The notes beneath the pieces are model-generated. The model had not been told where the DNA came from, did no database searches, and saw only the letters and a list, made by a program, of their open reading frames with translations. From a virus, in IMG/VR virus record IMGVR_UViG_3300046806_000356, positions 55,600 through 119,599 of that record: a stretch of DNA of 64,000 nt. The stretch is one strand, 5' to 3'. This document shows, in pieces, positions 56,168-64,000 of the stretch. Every line of letters starts with the position of its first letter. The first letter of the stretch is position 1. Both the position numbers and the translations under genes were made by a program.

Positions 56168-57553
56168 ATGCAAATGTTCAATGCAGAACAACTGCAGGAG
56201 AAGTGGTCACCACTTTTAGACCACGGTGGTCTTGGAGAAATCAAAGATTCTCACCGTAGAATGGTAACCGCAGTTCTCCTGGAGAACCAAGAAAGAACTC
56301 TCCGTGAAGAGCGTGAGTTCCTGTCAGAAACCCCAATCACCAACTCAGGTAATGCTGCTGGTGCTTCTGGTGCATTCGGTGGAGGTTCCAATGCTCCTAC
56401 CGCAGGTTTCGATCCAGTTCTGATCTCCTTGATCAGACGCGCAATGCCTAACTTGGTCGCTTATGACCTCGCAGGTGTTCAACCAATGAACGGTCCTACA
56501 GGACTCATCTTTGCAATGCGTTCACGTTATACCAGTCAGACTGGTGCTGAAGCATTCTTTGACGAAGCAAATACAAGATTCTCTGGTCAGAATGCTGCTA
56601 ATAGCCTTTCTGCAACTGGTATCGGTACTACAGCTGCCACGTCGGGAACCAATCCATCAGTTCTTAACGATTCACCTGCAGGCACCTACAATGTAAACAC
56701 TGGTATGCATACCGGTGATTCAGAAAACCTTGGTGGTGATTCGGGTTCGTTCAACGAAATGGCATTCTCAATCGAGAAGGTCACCGTTACCGCACGTTCA
56801 AGAGCACTCAAAGCTGAGTACTCACTTGAGCTCGCACAAGACCTCAAGGCAATCCACGGTCTGAATGCTGAAGCAGAATTGGCAAATATTCTCTCAACAG
56901 AGATTCTTGCTGAAATTAACCGTGAAATTATCCGTACCATCTATAACGTTGCTGAAGCTGGTGCTCAAGCAAACGTTGCTACTTCTGGTACTTTTGACCT
57001 TGACGTTGATTCTAACGGTCGTTGGTCAGTTGAGAAGTTCAAGGGTCTTATTTTCCAAATCGAGCGTGATGCTAACGCAATCGCACAAAGAACTCGTAGA
57101 GGAAAGGGCAACATCATCATGTGTTCTGCTGACGTTGCTTCAGCACTGACCATGGCTGGTGTTCTTGATTACACCCCAGCACTCAATGCTAACCTCAACG
57201 TTGATGATACTGGCAATACTTTTGCTGGTGTTCTTCAAGGTAAGTACAGAGTATACATCGATCCATATTCGGCAAACGTTTCTGCTAACCAGTACTACGT
57301 TGTTGGATACAAAGGTTCTTCACCTTATGATGCAGGTCTGTTCTATTGCCCTTACGTTCCTCTCCAAATGGTTCGTGCCGTTGGTGAGAACACTTTCCAA
57401 CCAAAAATTGGATTTAAGACTCGTTATGGTGTTGTTGCTAACCCATTCGCCAATGACGGTGCTCTTACTTCAGGTACTACTTCTGGTACAAGTGCTCTTA
57501 CTGCTAACGCAAACCGTTACTACAGAAGAGTTAAGGTCACCAACCTTATGTGA
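56168..57553 (+). CDS. gp23: Major capsid protein
   Basis: GVQPMNGPTGLIFAMRSRY, SRALKAEYSLELAQDLKAIHG, FQPKIGFKTRYG. Confidence 0.98.
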   Translation: MQMFNAEQLQEKWSPLLDHGGLGEIKDSHRRMVTAVLLENQERTLREEREFLSETPITNSGNAAGASGAFGGGSNAPTAGFDPVLISLIRRAMPNLVAYDLAGVQPMNGPTGLIFAMRSRYTSQTGAEAFFDEANTRFSGQNAANSLSATGIGTTAATSGTNPSVLNDSPAGTYNVNTGMHTGDSENLGGDSGSFNEMAFSIEKVTVTARSRALKAEYSLELAQDLKAIHGLNAEAELANILSTEILAEINREIIRTIYNVAEAGAQANVATSGTFDLDVDSNGRWSVEKFKGLIFQIERDANAIAQRTRRGKGNIIMCSADVASALTMAGVLDYTPALNANLNVDDTGNTFAGVLQGKYRVYIDPYSANVSANQYYVVGYKGSSPYDAGLFYCPYVPLQMVRAVGENTFQPKIGFKTRYGVVANPFANDGALTSGTTSGTSALTANANRYYRRVKVTNLM

Positions 57554-57573
57554 GTTTTTCTCACATATTCTTC

Positions 57574-57602
57574 AGACCTCCCACAAGGGGGGTCTTTTTT
57601 TT
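57574..57602 (+). terminator. Intrinsic terminator after gp23
   Basis: AGACCTCCC-ACAA-GGGGGGTCT followed by a T tract. Confidence 0.85.
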
Positions 57603-57623
57603 ATCTAAATAAAAATAAAACTC

Positions 57624-58166
57624 ATGGCAACTGCTTTTGATAAGCAAATAGGAAACAGAAATTTTTTGTCTCCTGTTGGATTTAAATTTACTTTAGCTAA
57701 AGAACCCAAAGTTGCCTTTTTTTGCAATTCATTAATAATACCAGAAATTTCTTTAGGTACTGCTATACAATCAAATTACCTTAAGGATATTGATGTTCCA
57801 GGAGATAAATTAACTTATGGTGATTTTTCATTAAGATTTTTAATTGACGAAAATCTTGAGAATTATATGGCAATTCACAATTGGTTAACTGGTCTTGGAT
57901 ATCCAGAAACTACGCAACAATATAAAGATTTTATCGTAGAGGACAACATTTCAAGCCCATTAAATGCTTTTAGTGATGGAAGTGTTTATATCTTAAATAG
58001 TAATTATCAAACTGTATCGATTGTAAAGTTTAAAGACTTATTTCCAATTTATTTAAGTTCCTTAGAATTTGAAGCAAGTGATACGGATATCAACTACTTT
58101 ACAGCAGAGGTCACTTTCAAGTATACTGTCTATAATATACTTGATAAAAACGGACAACCTTTATGA
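57624..58166 (+). CDS. gp3: Tail completion/sheath stabilizer
   Basis: NFLSPVGFKF, PGDKLTYG, DENLENY..IHNWL. Confidence 0.88.
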   Translation: MATAFDKQIGNRNFLSPVGFKFTLAKEPKVAFFCNSLIIPEISLGTAIQSNYLKDIDVPGDKLTYGDFSLRFLIDENLENYMAIHNWLTGLGYPETTQQYKDFIVEDNISSPLNAFSDGSVYILNSNYQTVSIVKFKDLFPIYLSSLEFEASDTDINYFTAEVTFKYTVYNILDKNGQPL

Positions 58167-58594
58167 ATCTTGATGAAATTCAGGAGATGTGGCAGAGAGA
58201 TTCTGTCATCGATCCTGATAACTTACACGATGAATCATTAAAAATTCCTCAACTACATTCCAAATATTATACCATTTACAATACTATATCCCTTCTTCGT
58301 GAAAAAGCAAGAGAAACATACAATAGAGTACGTTTAGAACGTTACAATTACTACACAGGAAAGGCACCAGCAGAGGTCTATGTAGAGGACCCATTTCCGT
58401 ATAAGGTAAGAGAAAAGGACGCAATAGAGAGGTATATGAGTGCTGATGAGAGACTTTCTAAAATAGACTTGAAGGTAAGGTATTATGATATCATGCTTAA
58501 ATTCTTAGAAGAAGTTATCAAGACAGTTTCTAATAGAACTTATCAAATTAAAAATGCTATTGAGTTTATGAGATTTACTGCCGGATATAATTAA
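58163..58594 (+). CDS. uvsY: Recombination mediator UvsY
   Basis: ESLKIPQLHSKY, RTYQIKNAIE; precedes uvsW. Confidence 0.9.
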   Translation: MNLDEIQEMWQRDSVIDPDNLHDESLKIPQLHSKYYTIYNTISLLREKARETYNRVRLERYNYYTGKAPAEVYVEDPFPYKVREKDAIERYMSADERLSKIDLKVRYYDIMLKFLEEVIKTVSNRTYQIKNAIEFMRFTAGYN

Positions 58595-58599
58595 TTAAG

Positions 58600-58621
58600 G
58601 AGGCAGAAATGCCTCTTTTTT
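58600..58621 (+). terminator. Intrinsic terminator
   Basis: GAGGCA-GAAA-TGCCTC plus T tract. Confidence 0.8.
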
Positions 58622-58656
58622 ATTGTAAATAAATACCTATAACTGATATTATATGA

Positions 58657-60120
58657 ATGTCACATTTGATTATATCAAAAAAGAATGAGGTGTATTTAAC
58701 TATTCAAGCAGAACCTCACATTTATTACGAACTAGCAGACCAGTTTACATTTGAGGTTCCCAATGCAAAGTTCAGTCCTCAGTATAAAAACAAATACTGG
58801 GATGGAAAGATTCGTTTGTTCAATACACAAACTGGTGAAATTTATATTGGACTATTAGATAAGATTATTAAATTCTGTGAGGATCACGAATACACATATG
58901 AATTTGCAGACAATAAATTCTATGGACTTCCTTTTGAGATAAATGAGAACATCTCAAAGGAAGGTGTGAAAGATTATATGACTTCTATCAGTAAACACGC
59001 CCCACGCGACTACCAAGTTGAGGGAGTATACGACGCCTTGCGACATAATCGAAAATTATTGATATCTCCAACTGCTTCTGGAAAGTCGTTGATGATATAC
59101 TCTGTTGTGAGATATTACGTTGAGAAGCAGCAAAATATTCTGATAGTTGTTCCGACGACTTCCCTTGTAGAACAAATGTATAAAGATTTTGCAGATTATG
59201 GATGGGATGTTGGTTCATACTGCCACAAGATATACGCTGGTAAGGAACGAGAAACTGATTCCCAAGTTATTATTACCACCTGGCAAAGTATTTACAAATT
59301 GCCCAAGCAGTATTTTTCCAGATTTAATGTAGTCGTAGGTGATGAAGCACACCAATTTAAATCCAAATCATTAATATCTATAATGACGAAACTTTGTGAT
59401 GCAAAATATCGGTTTGGTTTTACTGGAACATTAGATGGAAGTCAAACTCACAAGTGGGTATTAGAAGGATTGTTTGGACCTTCTTATAAGATTATCAATA
59501 CTGATGAACTAATGCAAAAAGGTCATCTTGCCAAATTGGATATCAAAATACTACTGTTGAAACACCCACCGAATCGATTTGAAGTTTTTGAGGATGAGGT
59601 TCAGTATCTTATCACCCATCAAAAACGCAATAACTTTATTAAAAACCTTACATTGGATTTAAAGGGAAACACTCTTGTTCTATTTTCAAGAGTAGAAACT
59701 CACGGACAACCTTTATATGATTTAATAAATAATAATAAGGTTAATGATCGCCATGTTTTTTTTATTCATGGTGGAGTGGAAACTGACGAAAGAGAAAGAG
59801 TACGTGAAATAACAGAAAAAGAATCAAACGCAATTATTGTGGCATCTTATGGGACTTTTTCTACCGGTATTAATATTCGTAACTTACATAATGTTGTGTT
59901 TGCGTCACCATCAAAATCAAGAATTAGAAATCTCCAATCTATCGGAAGAGTTCTCAGAAAGGGTGAGAATAAAGTAAAAGCAACTCTATATGATATTGCC
60001 GATGATATCAGTTATAAATCAAGAAAGAATTATACACTCAATCATTTAATCGAAAGAATTAAAATCTATAACGAAGAAAACTTTAATTATGATATTGTAA
60101 ATATACCACTAAAGAACTAA
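58657..60120 (+). CDS. uvsW: SF2 DNA helicase UvsW
   Basis: SPTASGKS, GDEAH, TGT, LQSIGRVLR. Confidence 0.96.
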   Translation: MSHLIISKKNEVYLTIQAEPHIYYELADQFTFEVPNAKFSPQYKNKYWDGKIRLFNTQTGEIYIGLLDKIIKFCEDHEYTYEFADNKFYGLPFEINENISKEGVKDYMTSISKHAPRDYQVEGVYDALRHNRKLLISPTASGKSLMIYSVVRYYVEKQQNILIVVPTTSLVEQMYKDFADYGWDVGSYCHKIYAGKERETDSQVIITTWQSIYKLPKQYFSRFNVVVGDEAHQFKSKSLISIMTKLCDAKYRFGFTGTLDGSQTHKWVLEGLFGPSYKIINTDELMQKGHLAKLDIKILLLKHPPNRFEVFEDEVQYLITHQKRNNFIKNLTLDLKGNTLVLFSRVETHGQPLYDLINNNKVNDRHVFFIHGGVETDERERVREITEKESNAIIVASYGTFSTGINIRNLHNVVFASPSKSRIRNLQSIGRVLRKGENKVKATLYDIADDISYKSRKNYTLNHLIERIKIYNEENFNYDIVNIPLKN

Positions 60121-60527
60121 TGGGCGAAGAATTTTACGCAATTATAAAATTAATATCTGGTGAAGAAATATTATCATTAGTCATGGTCGATGAAAATGAT
60201 GGTGATCCAGTTGTTGTGCTTCAAGATCCAGTGACTATGAAAGCTTTTCAAAATCAACATGGTGTGCATTTAAAAGTAAAACCATGGATTGAAATGTCAA
60301 GTGATGATTTTTTTATAATTAAACTTGATAAAATTATTACAATGACAGAAACAAAGGATGAAAAGTTAATCAATATATACAACAATTATATTGAAGATGA
60401 TGATATGATGGATATTTATAAATCTGGTGGTAAAGTTAAACCATCAGAAAAAATGGGATATGTGTCTTCAGTAGAAGATGCTCGTAAAAAACTTGAAGAG
60501 TTGTATAAAGGTATTAAAGAAAGCTAA
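60120..60527 (+). CDS. Conserved T4-like core hypothetical protein
   Basis: IKLISGEEI, MGYVSSVEDARKKLE; usual position between uvsW and gp55. Confidence 0.8.
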   Translation: MGEEFYAIIKLISGEEILSLVMVDENDGDPVVVLQDPVTMKAFQNQHGVHLKVKPWIEMSSDDFFIIKLDKIITMTETKDEKLINIYNNYIEDDDMMDIYKSGGKVKPSEKMGYVSSVEDARKKLEELYKGIKES

Positions 60528-60553
60528 ATTTCATCTTTAACGGGGACAAACAT

Positions 60554-60613
60554 AGTCTACACACATTTTTATATCTTGTCAAGCTTGTCAAGACACTTAA
60601 TGTGTGTTATGAT
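60554..60613. promoter_or_regulatory. Back-to-back divergent sigma70 promoters
   Basis: Minus: TTGACA-N17-TAGACT (60582 to 60554); plus: TTGTCA-N17-TATGAT (60585-60613). Confidence 0.65.
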
Positions 60614-60639
60614 TATCCTTTCAAATACTTATACCGATT

Positions 60640-61197
60640 ATGTTTGACTTTAATGAAGAAAAAATAAAAGAGATAAGCATGTCTTATGCTCATGATCTTT
60701 GTAAACCAACGAATAATCATTTATGCAGATTATTGCTAGAAGAACAGGGTGAACCTTACAAACTTTATGCACATATAAGTAGTCAACTTAATAATATTAC
60801 GATACTTGATGTCGGCACATATAATGGAAACTCAGCTCTTGCTTTTTCTTATAATGAAACTAACAATATTATAAGTTACGATATTGTTGAAAATGGAGCA
60901 TCAAGTATATCAAGAAAAAACATTACTTGGAAAATCAAAGATTTTCGTGATGATGATTCAATCAATTATGATGAAATTTCTATTATCTTAATTGATGTAG
61001 ACCCTCATGACGGAATTCAAGAAATTGAAATGGTTAAATTCCTTAAGGATAAAAAATGGTCAGGTATTTTACTCTTAGATGATATTCATCATAATAATGC
61101 AATGGAAAATTTTTGGAGACATTTTCCCGAAGAGGTAAAGACTGATTTAACTCATATTGGACATTATTCTGGAACAGGAATGGTAATGTTTAGTTAA
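60640..61197 (+). CDS. Class I SAM-dependent methyltransferase (Methyltransf_24-like)
   Basis: ILDVGTYNGNSA, ILIDVDPH, GILLLDDI, GHYSGTG. Confidence 0.8.
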   Translation: MFDFNEEKIKEISMSYAHDLCKPTNNHLCRLLLEEQGEPYKLYAHISSQLNNITILDVGTYNGNSALAFSYNETNNIISYDIVENGASSISRKNITWKIKDFRDDDSINYDEISIILIDVDPHDGIQEIEMVKFLKDKKWSGILLLDDIHHNNAMENFWRHFPEEVKTDLTHIGHYSGTGMVMFS

Positions 61198-61253
61198 TAT
61201 GAAGTATTGTTGTGCTATAATAAACACATAATATAATAAATGAGTTCAATGTT

Positions 61254-61733
61254 ATGCCCAAGAAAAAATCAGAACATTATGTAAATAATAGAGAATTATT
61301 AGAAGCACTAATTGTATATCGTACTAAGGTTGCTACTGCTAAAGAAGCAGGTCTACCCAAACCACGGATTACAAATTATCTTGGTGAATGCTTCTTAAAA
61401 ATTGCTACTCATTTATCATACAAACCAAATTTTGTCAATTATATGTTCCGTGAGGATATGATTTCTGACGGGATTGAGAACTGCGTCCAGTATATTCATA
61501 ACTTCAATCCAGAAAGGTCTCAGAATCCATTTGCCTATTTTACTCAAATTATTCACTATGCATTTTTGCGTAGGATTCAAAAAGAAAAGAAACAATTAGA
61601 GATTAAAAATAAAATCATTGAACGCACTGGATTTGATGAGGTTATGGTTATAGACGACAACTTGCTTTCTGGGAGCAATTCAGAGTATAATTCCATGAAG
61701 GACAACATCCAATACAGAAACAACAATCGATGA
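61254..61733 (+). CDS. gp55: Late-transcription sigma factor
   Basis: HYVNN, IATHLSYKPNFVNY..EDMISDGIENC, NPFAYFTQI. Confidence 0.96.
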   Translation: MPKKKSEHYVNNRELLEALIVYRTKVATAKEAGLPKPRITNYLGECFLKIATHLSYKPNFVNYMFREDMISDGIENCVQYIHNFNPERSQNPFAYFTQIIHYAFLRRIQKEKKQLEIKNKIIERTGFDEVMVIDDNLLSGSNSEYNSMKDNIQYRNNNR

Positions 61734-62767
61734 AAATTGCCATTCTGACAGATACCCATTTTGGTGCCAAAAAAGGTTCAAAGCATCTTCATGACCACTT
61801 TGAACTTTTTTATAAGAATGTTTTTTTTCCTGCCCTTGAAGAGTATGGGATAAAGACAGTCATTCATATGGGTGATGCATTTGATAGTCGTAAATCAATC
61901 GATTATCAAAGTCTGGAATGGGCAAAGAGAGTTGTATTTGAACCTCTGCGTGAGTATGATGTCCATATGATTGTAGGGAATCATGATTGTTATTACAAGA
62001 ATACCAATCACGTTAACTCCCCAGACCTTCTTCTCAAGACTTATCCAAATATCAAAACTTATAGTTCTCCGACAAATACAAAGGTTGGTGGAATTGATAT
62101 GACTTTTATTCCTTGGATTTGTAGTGAGAATCATGAGGAAACGATGAATGTAATTAAGAAGTCTAAGGCACAGGTTGCGATGGGACACTTAGAACTTCAA
62201 GGTTTTCGTGTAAATAAAAATCTGATTATGGAGGATCATGGACTGGATTCGAATATTTTCTCAAAGTTCACGAAGGTATTTTCTGGTCATTACCATACTC
62301 GTTCTGATAATGGACGCATCTTCTATCTTGGCAATCCTTATGAAATGTATTGGACGGATGTAAATGATGCTCGTGGATTTCATATCTTTGATACCGAAAC
62401 ACTCACTCATACACCAATTGATAATCCTTATAAATTATTCTATAATCTTTATTATGAAGATACTCCTTATCAGACATTTGATGCTCGGGAATATGAGAAT
62501 AAGATTGTAAAGATTATTGTTCGTAAAAAAACAAAGGCAAAGGATTTTGAAAAGTTTGTAGATAAATTATATACAGCAGGAATTCAAGATCTTAAAATTA
62601 TTGAGAACTTTGAAATTCAAGAAAGTGAAGACTTTGCGATTGATGAAGAAGAGAATACTATTTCAATTCTGAATCGTTATATTGACGAGTCTGAAGTTCA
62701 GTTCGATAAAAATATCATCAAAGGAATCCTACAAAATCTTTACAAAGAGGCTTGCGAAGTTGAGTAA
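61730..62767 (+). CDS. gp47: Recombination endonuclease subunit (Mre11/SbcD-like)
   Basis: DTHFG, GDAFD, GNHD, SGHYH phosphoesterase motifs. Confidence 0.95.
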   Translation: MKIAILTDTHFGAKKGSKHLHDHFELFYKNVFFPALEEYGIKTVIHMGDAFDSRKSIDYQSLEWAKRVVFEPLREYDVHMIVGNHDCYYKNTNHVNSPDLLLKTYPNIKTYSSPTNTKVGGIDMTFIPWICSENHEETMNVIKKSKAQVAMGHLELQGFRVNKNLIMEDHGLDSNIFSKFTKVFSGHYHTRSDNGRIFYLGNPYEMYWTDVNDARGFHIFDTETLTHTPIDNPYKLFYNLYYEDTPYQTFDAREYENKIVKIIVRKKTKAKDFEKFVDKLYTAGIQDLKIIENFEIQESEDFAIDEEENTISILNRYIDESEVQFDKNIIKGILQNLYKEACEVE

Positions 62768-63033
62768 TGTTTCTTCTCACACTTAAAGACCACAAAGGGG
62801 ATGGTGCATTTGCCGTCCAAGACAAATATGGTGAAAAAGTCTTATTTCTCTTTGAGGAAGAAGACGATGCGACTCGTTATGCCTTGATGTTGGAAGATCA
62901 AGAAGAAAAAGAGATGGATGTTGTAGAAGTAGATGATGAGCTTGCCATAAAGACTTGTAAGATGTATAATTATCGATATGCAGTGATTACTCCTGACGAC
63001 ATTGTGATTCCACCCAAAAATGATAATCTTTAA
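62767..63033 (+). CDS. Conserved hypothetical protein (DUF3110-like)
   Basis: LFLFEEEDDATRYALML. Confidence 0.7.
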   Translation: MFLLTLKDHKGDGAFAVQDKYGEKVLFLFEEEDDATRYALMLEDQEEKEMDVVEVDDELAIKTCKMYNYRYAVITPDDIVIPPKNDNL

Positions 63034-64000
63034 AAAAATCCGTTGGAAGAACTTTTTAAGTACTGGGAATCAGTTCACGGAAATAGACTTCCAAAAGAAT
63101 CAAACAAATTTGATTGTTGGGACAAATGGTGCTGGTAAATCCACTGTGCTGGATGCCTTGACTTTTGTATTGTTCAATCGTCCATTTCGTAAAATCAATA
63201 AACCTCAACTTCCTAACAGCACCAATGAAAAGGATTGTCTGGTAGAAATTGAGTTTTCTGTAAATAGTCGTGAGTATTTGGTTCGTCGTGGAATTAAACC
63301 AAATGTTTTTGATATTGAGGTAAATGGAAAGCAACTTCATAAGGAAGCAGATGATCGTGCGAATCAAAAAATCCTAGAAGAGAATATTCTAAAGGTCAAT
63401 TATAAGTCTTTTACACAGATTGTAATTCTGGGTTCTAGTAATTTTGTTCCCTTTATGCAATTGGCTACGGCAAATCGTCGTGAGGTCATTGAGGACTTGC
63501 TGGATATTCGTATCTTCTCTTCAATGAATAATTTGATTAAGGAAAAGATTCGTCAGCAAAAGGAGCAGATTAAATCTCTAGATCTTAGAAAAGAATCCCT
63601 CAAAGATAAGGTTCTAATGCAAAAGAACTTTATTGAGCAGTTAGAGAGTCGTGGAAAGGACAATATTAATGCTAACAAGCAGAAGATTACTAATTTGATT
63701 ACTGAAGTTGATGCTTATATGCTTCAAAATGCAACCACCGAAGAAAGTATCTTTGGATATACGAAAGAGCAAGAAGAAGTTATCGGTGCGACTGATAAAC
63801 TGAGAAAGTTGGGTAACTTAAAAGGTAAAATCTCCCAGAAAGTATCTACAATTACCAAAGAGCACAAGTTCTTCACAGAAAATACGGTCTGCCCTACCTG
63901 CACTCAAACAATTGAAGAAGAGTTTCGGTTAAATAGAATTACTGACGCTCAAAATAGTGCTAAGGAACTTCAGAAAGGTTATAAAGACCTTGAAGAAACC
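63020..64000 (+). CDS. gp46: Recombination ATPase subunit (Rad50/SbcC-like), partial
   Basis: Manually read MIIFKKIRWKNFLSTGN..GTNGAGKST Walker A; CPTC zinc hook near 63890; runs off window. Confidence 0.95.
   Translation, partial: MIIFKKIRWKNFLSTGNQFTEIDFQKNQTNLIVGTNGAGKSTVLDALTFVLFNRPFRKINKPQLPNSTNEKDCLVEIEFSVNSREYLVRRGIKPNVFDIEVNGKQLHKEADDRANQKILEENILKVNYKSFTQIVILGSSNFVPFMQLATANRREVIEDLLDIRIFSSMNNLIKEKIRQQKEQIKSLDLRKESLKDKVLMQKNFIEQLESRGKDNINANKQKITNLITEVDAYMLQNATTEESIFGYTKEQEEVIGATDKLRKLGNLKGKISQKVSTITKEHKFFTENTVCPTCTQTIEEEFRLNRITDAQNSAKELQKGYKDLEET

Noticed and set aside
47086-57553. Introns or inteins in gp17, gp20 and gp23
   Set aside because: ORFs are continuous and of normal length, with no splice motifs

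Overview
A 64-kb segment of a T4-like cyanophage (cyanomyovirus) genome; all credible genes are on the + strand. Positions 1-15 kb are an accessory/early region. It holds a phage-borne type II restriction-modification pair, many small (often very acidic) ORFs including an ArdA-like antirestriction protein, a 2OG-Fe(II) oxygenase/Cys-rich/Gly-rich cluster, and a repeat-rich non-coding control region at about 8.64-9.03 kb. At least 13 copies or half-copies of a 24-bp palindrome (TGTGCCAST-N6-ASTGGCACA) occur here, 12 of them a fixed 29-30 bp upstream of a sigma70-type -10 box, dividing the region into promoter-gene cassettes. Positions 15-64 kb are the conserved core: speD, baseplate (gp25, gp6, a frameshifted ~4,050-aa gp7-like protein, gp8, VrlC-like protein), neck/tail (gp13-15, gp18, gp19, gp3), terminase (gp16/17), head (gp20-23), uvsY, uvsW, gp55, gp47 and a partial gp46. 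Product calls rest on recognised motifs and T4/cyanophage synteny; no database searches were run. No tRNA, rRNA or CRISPR array was found.
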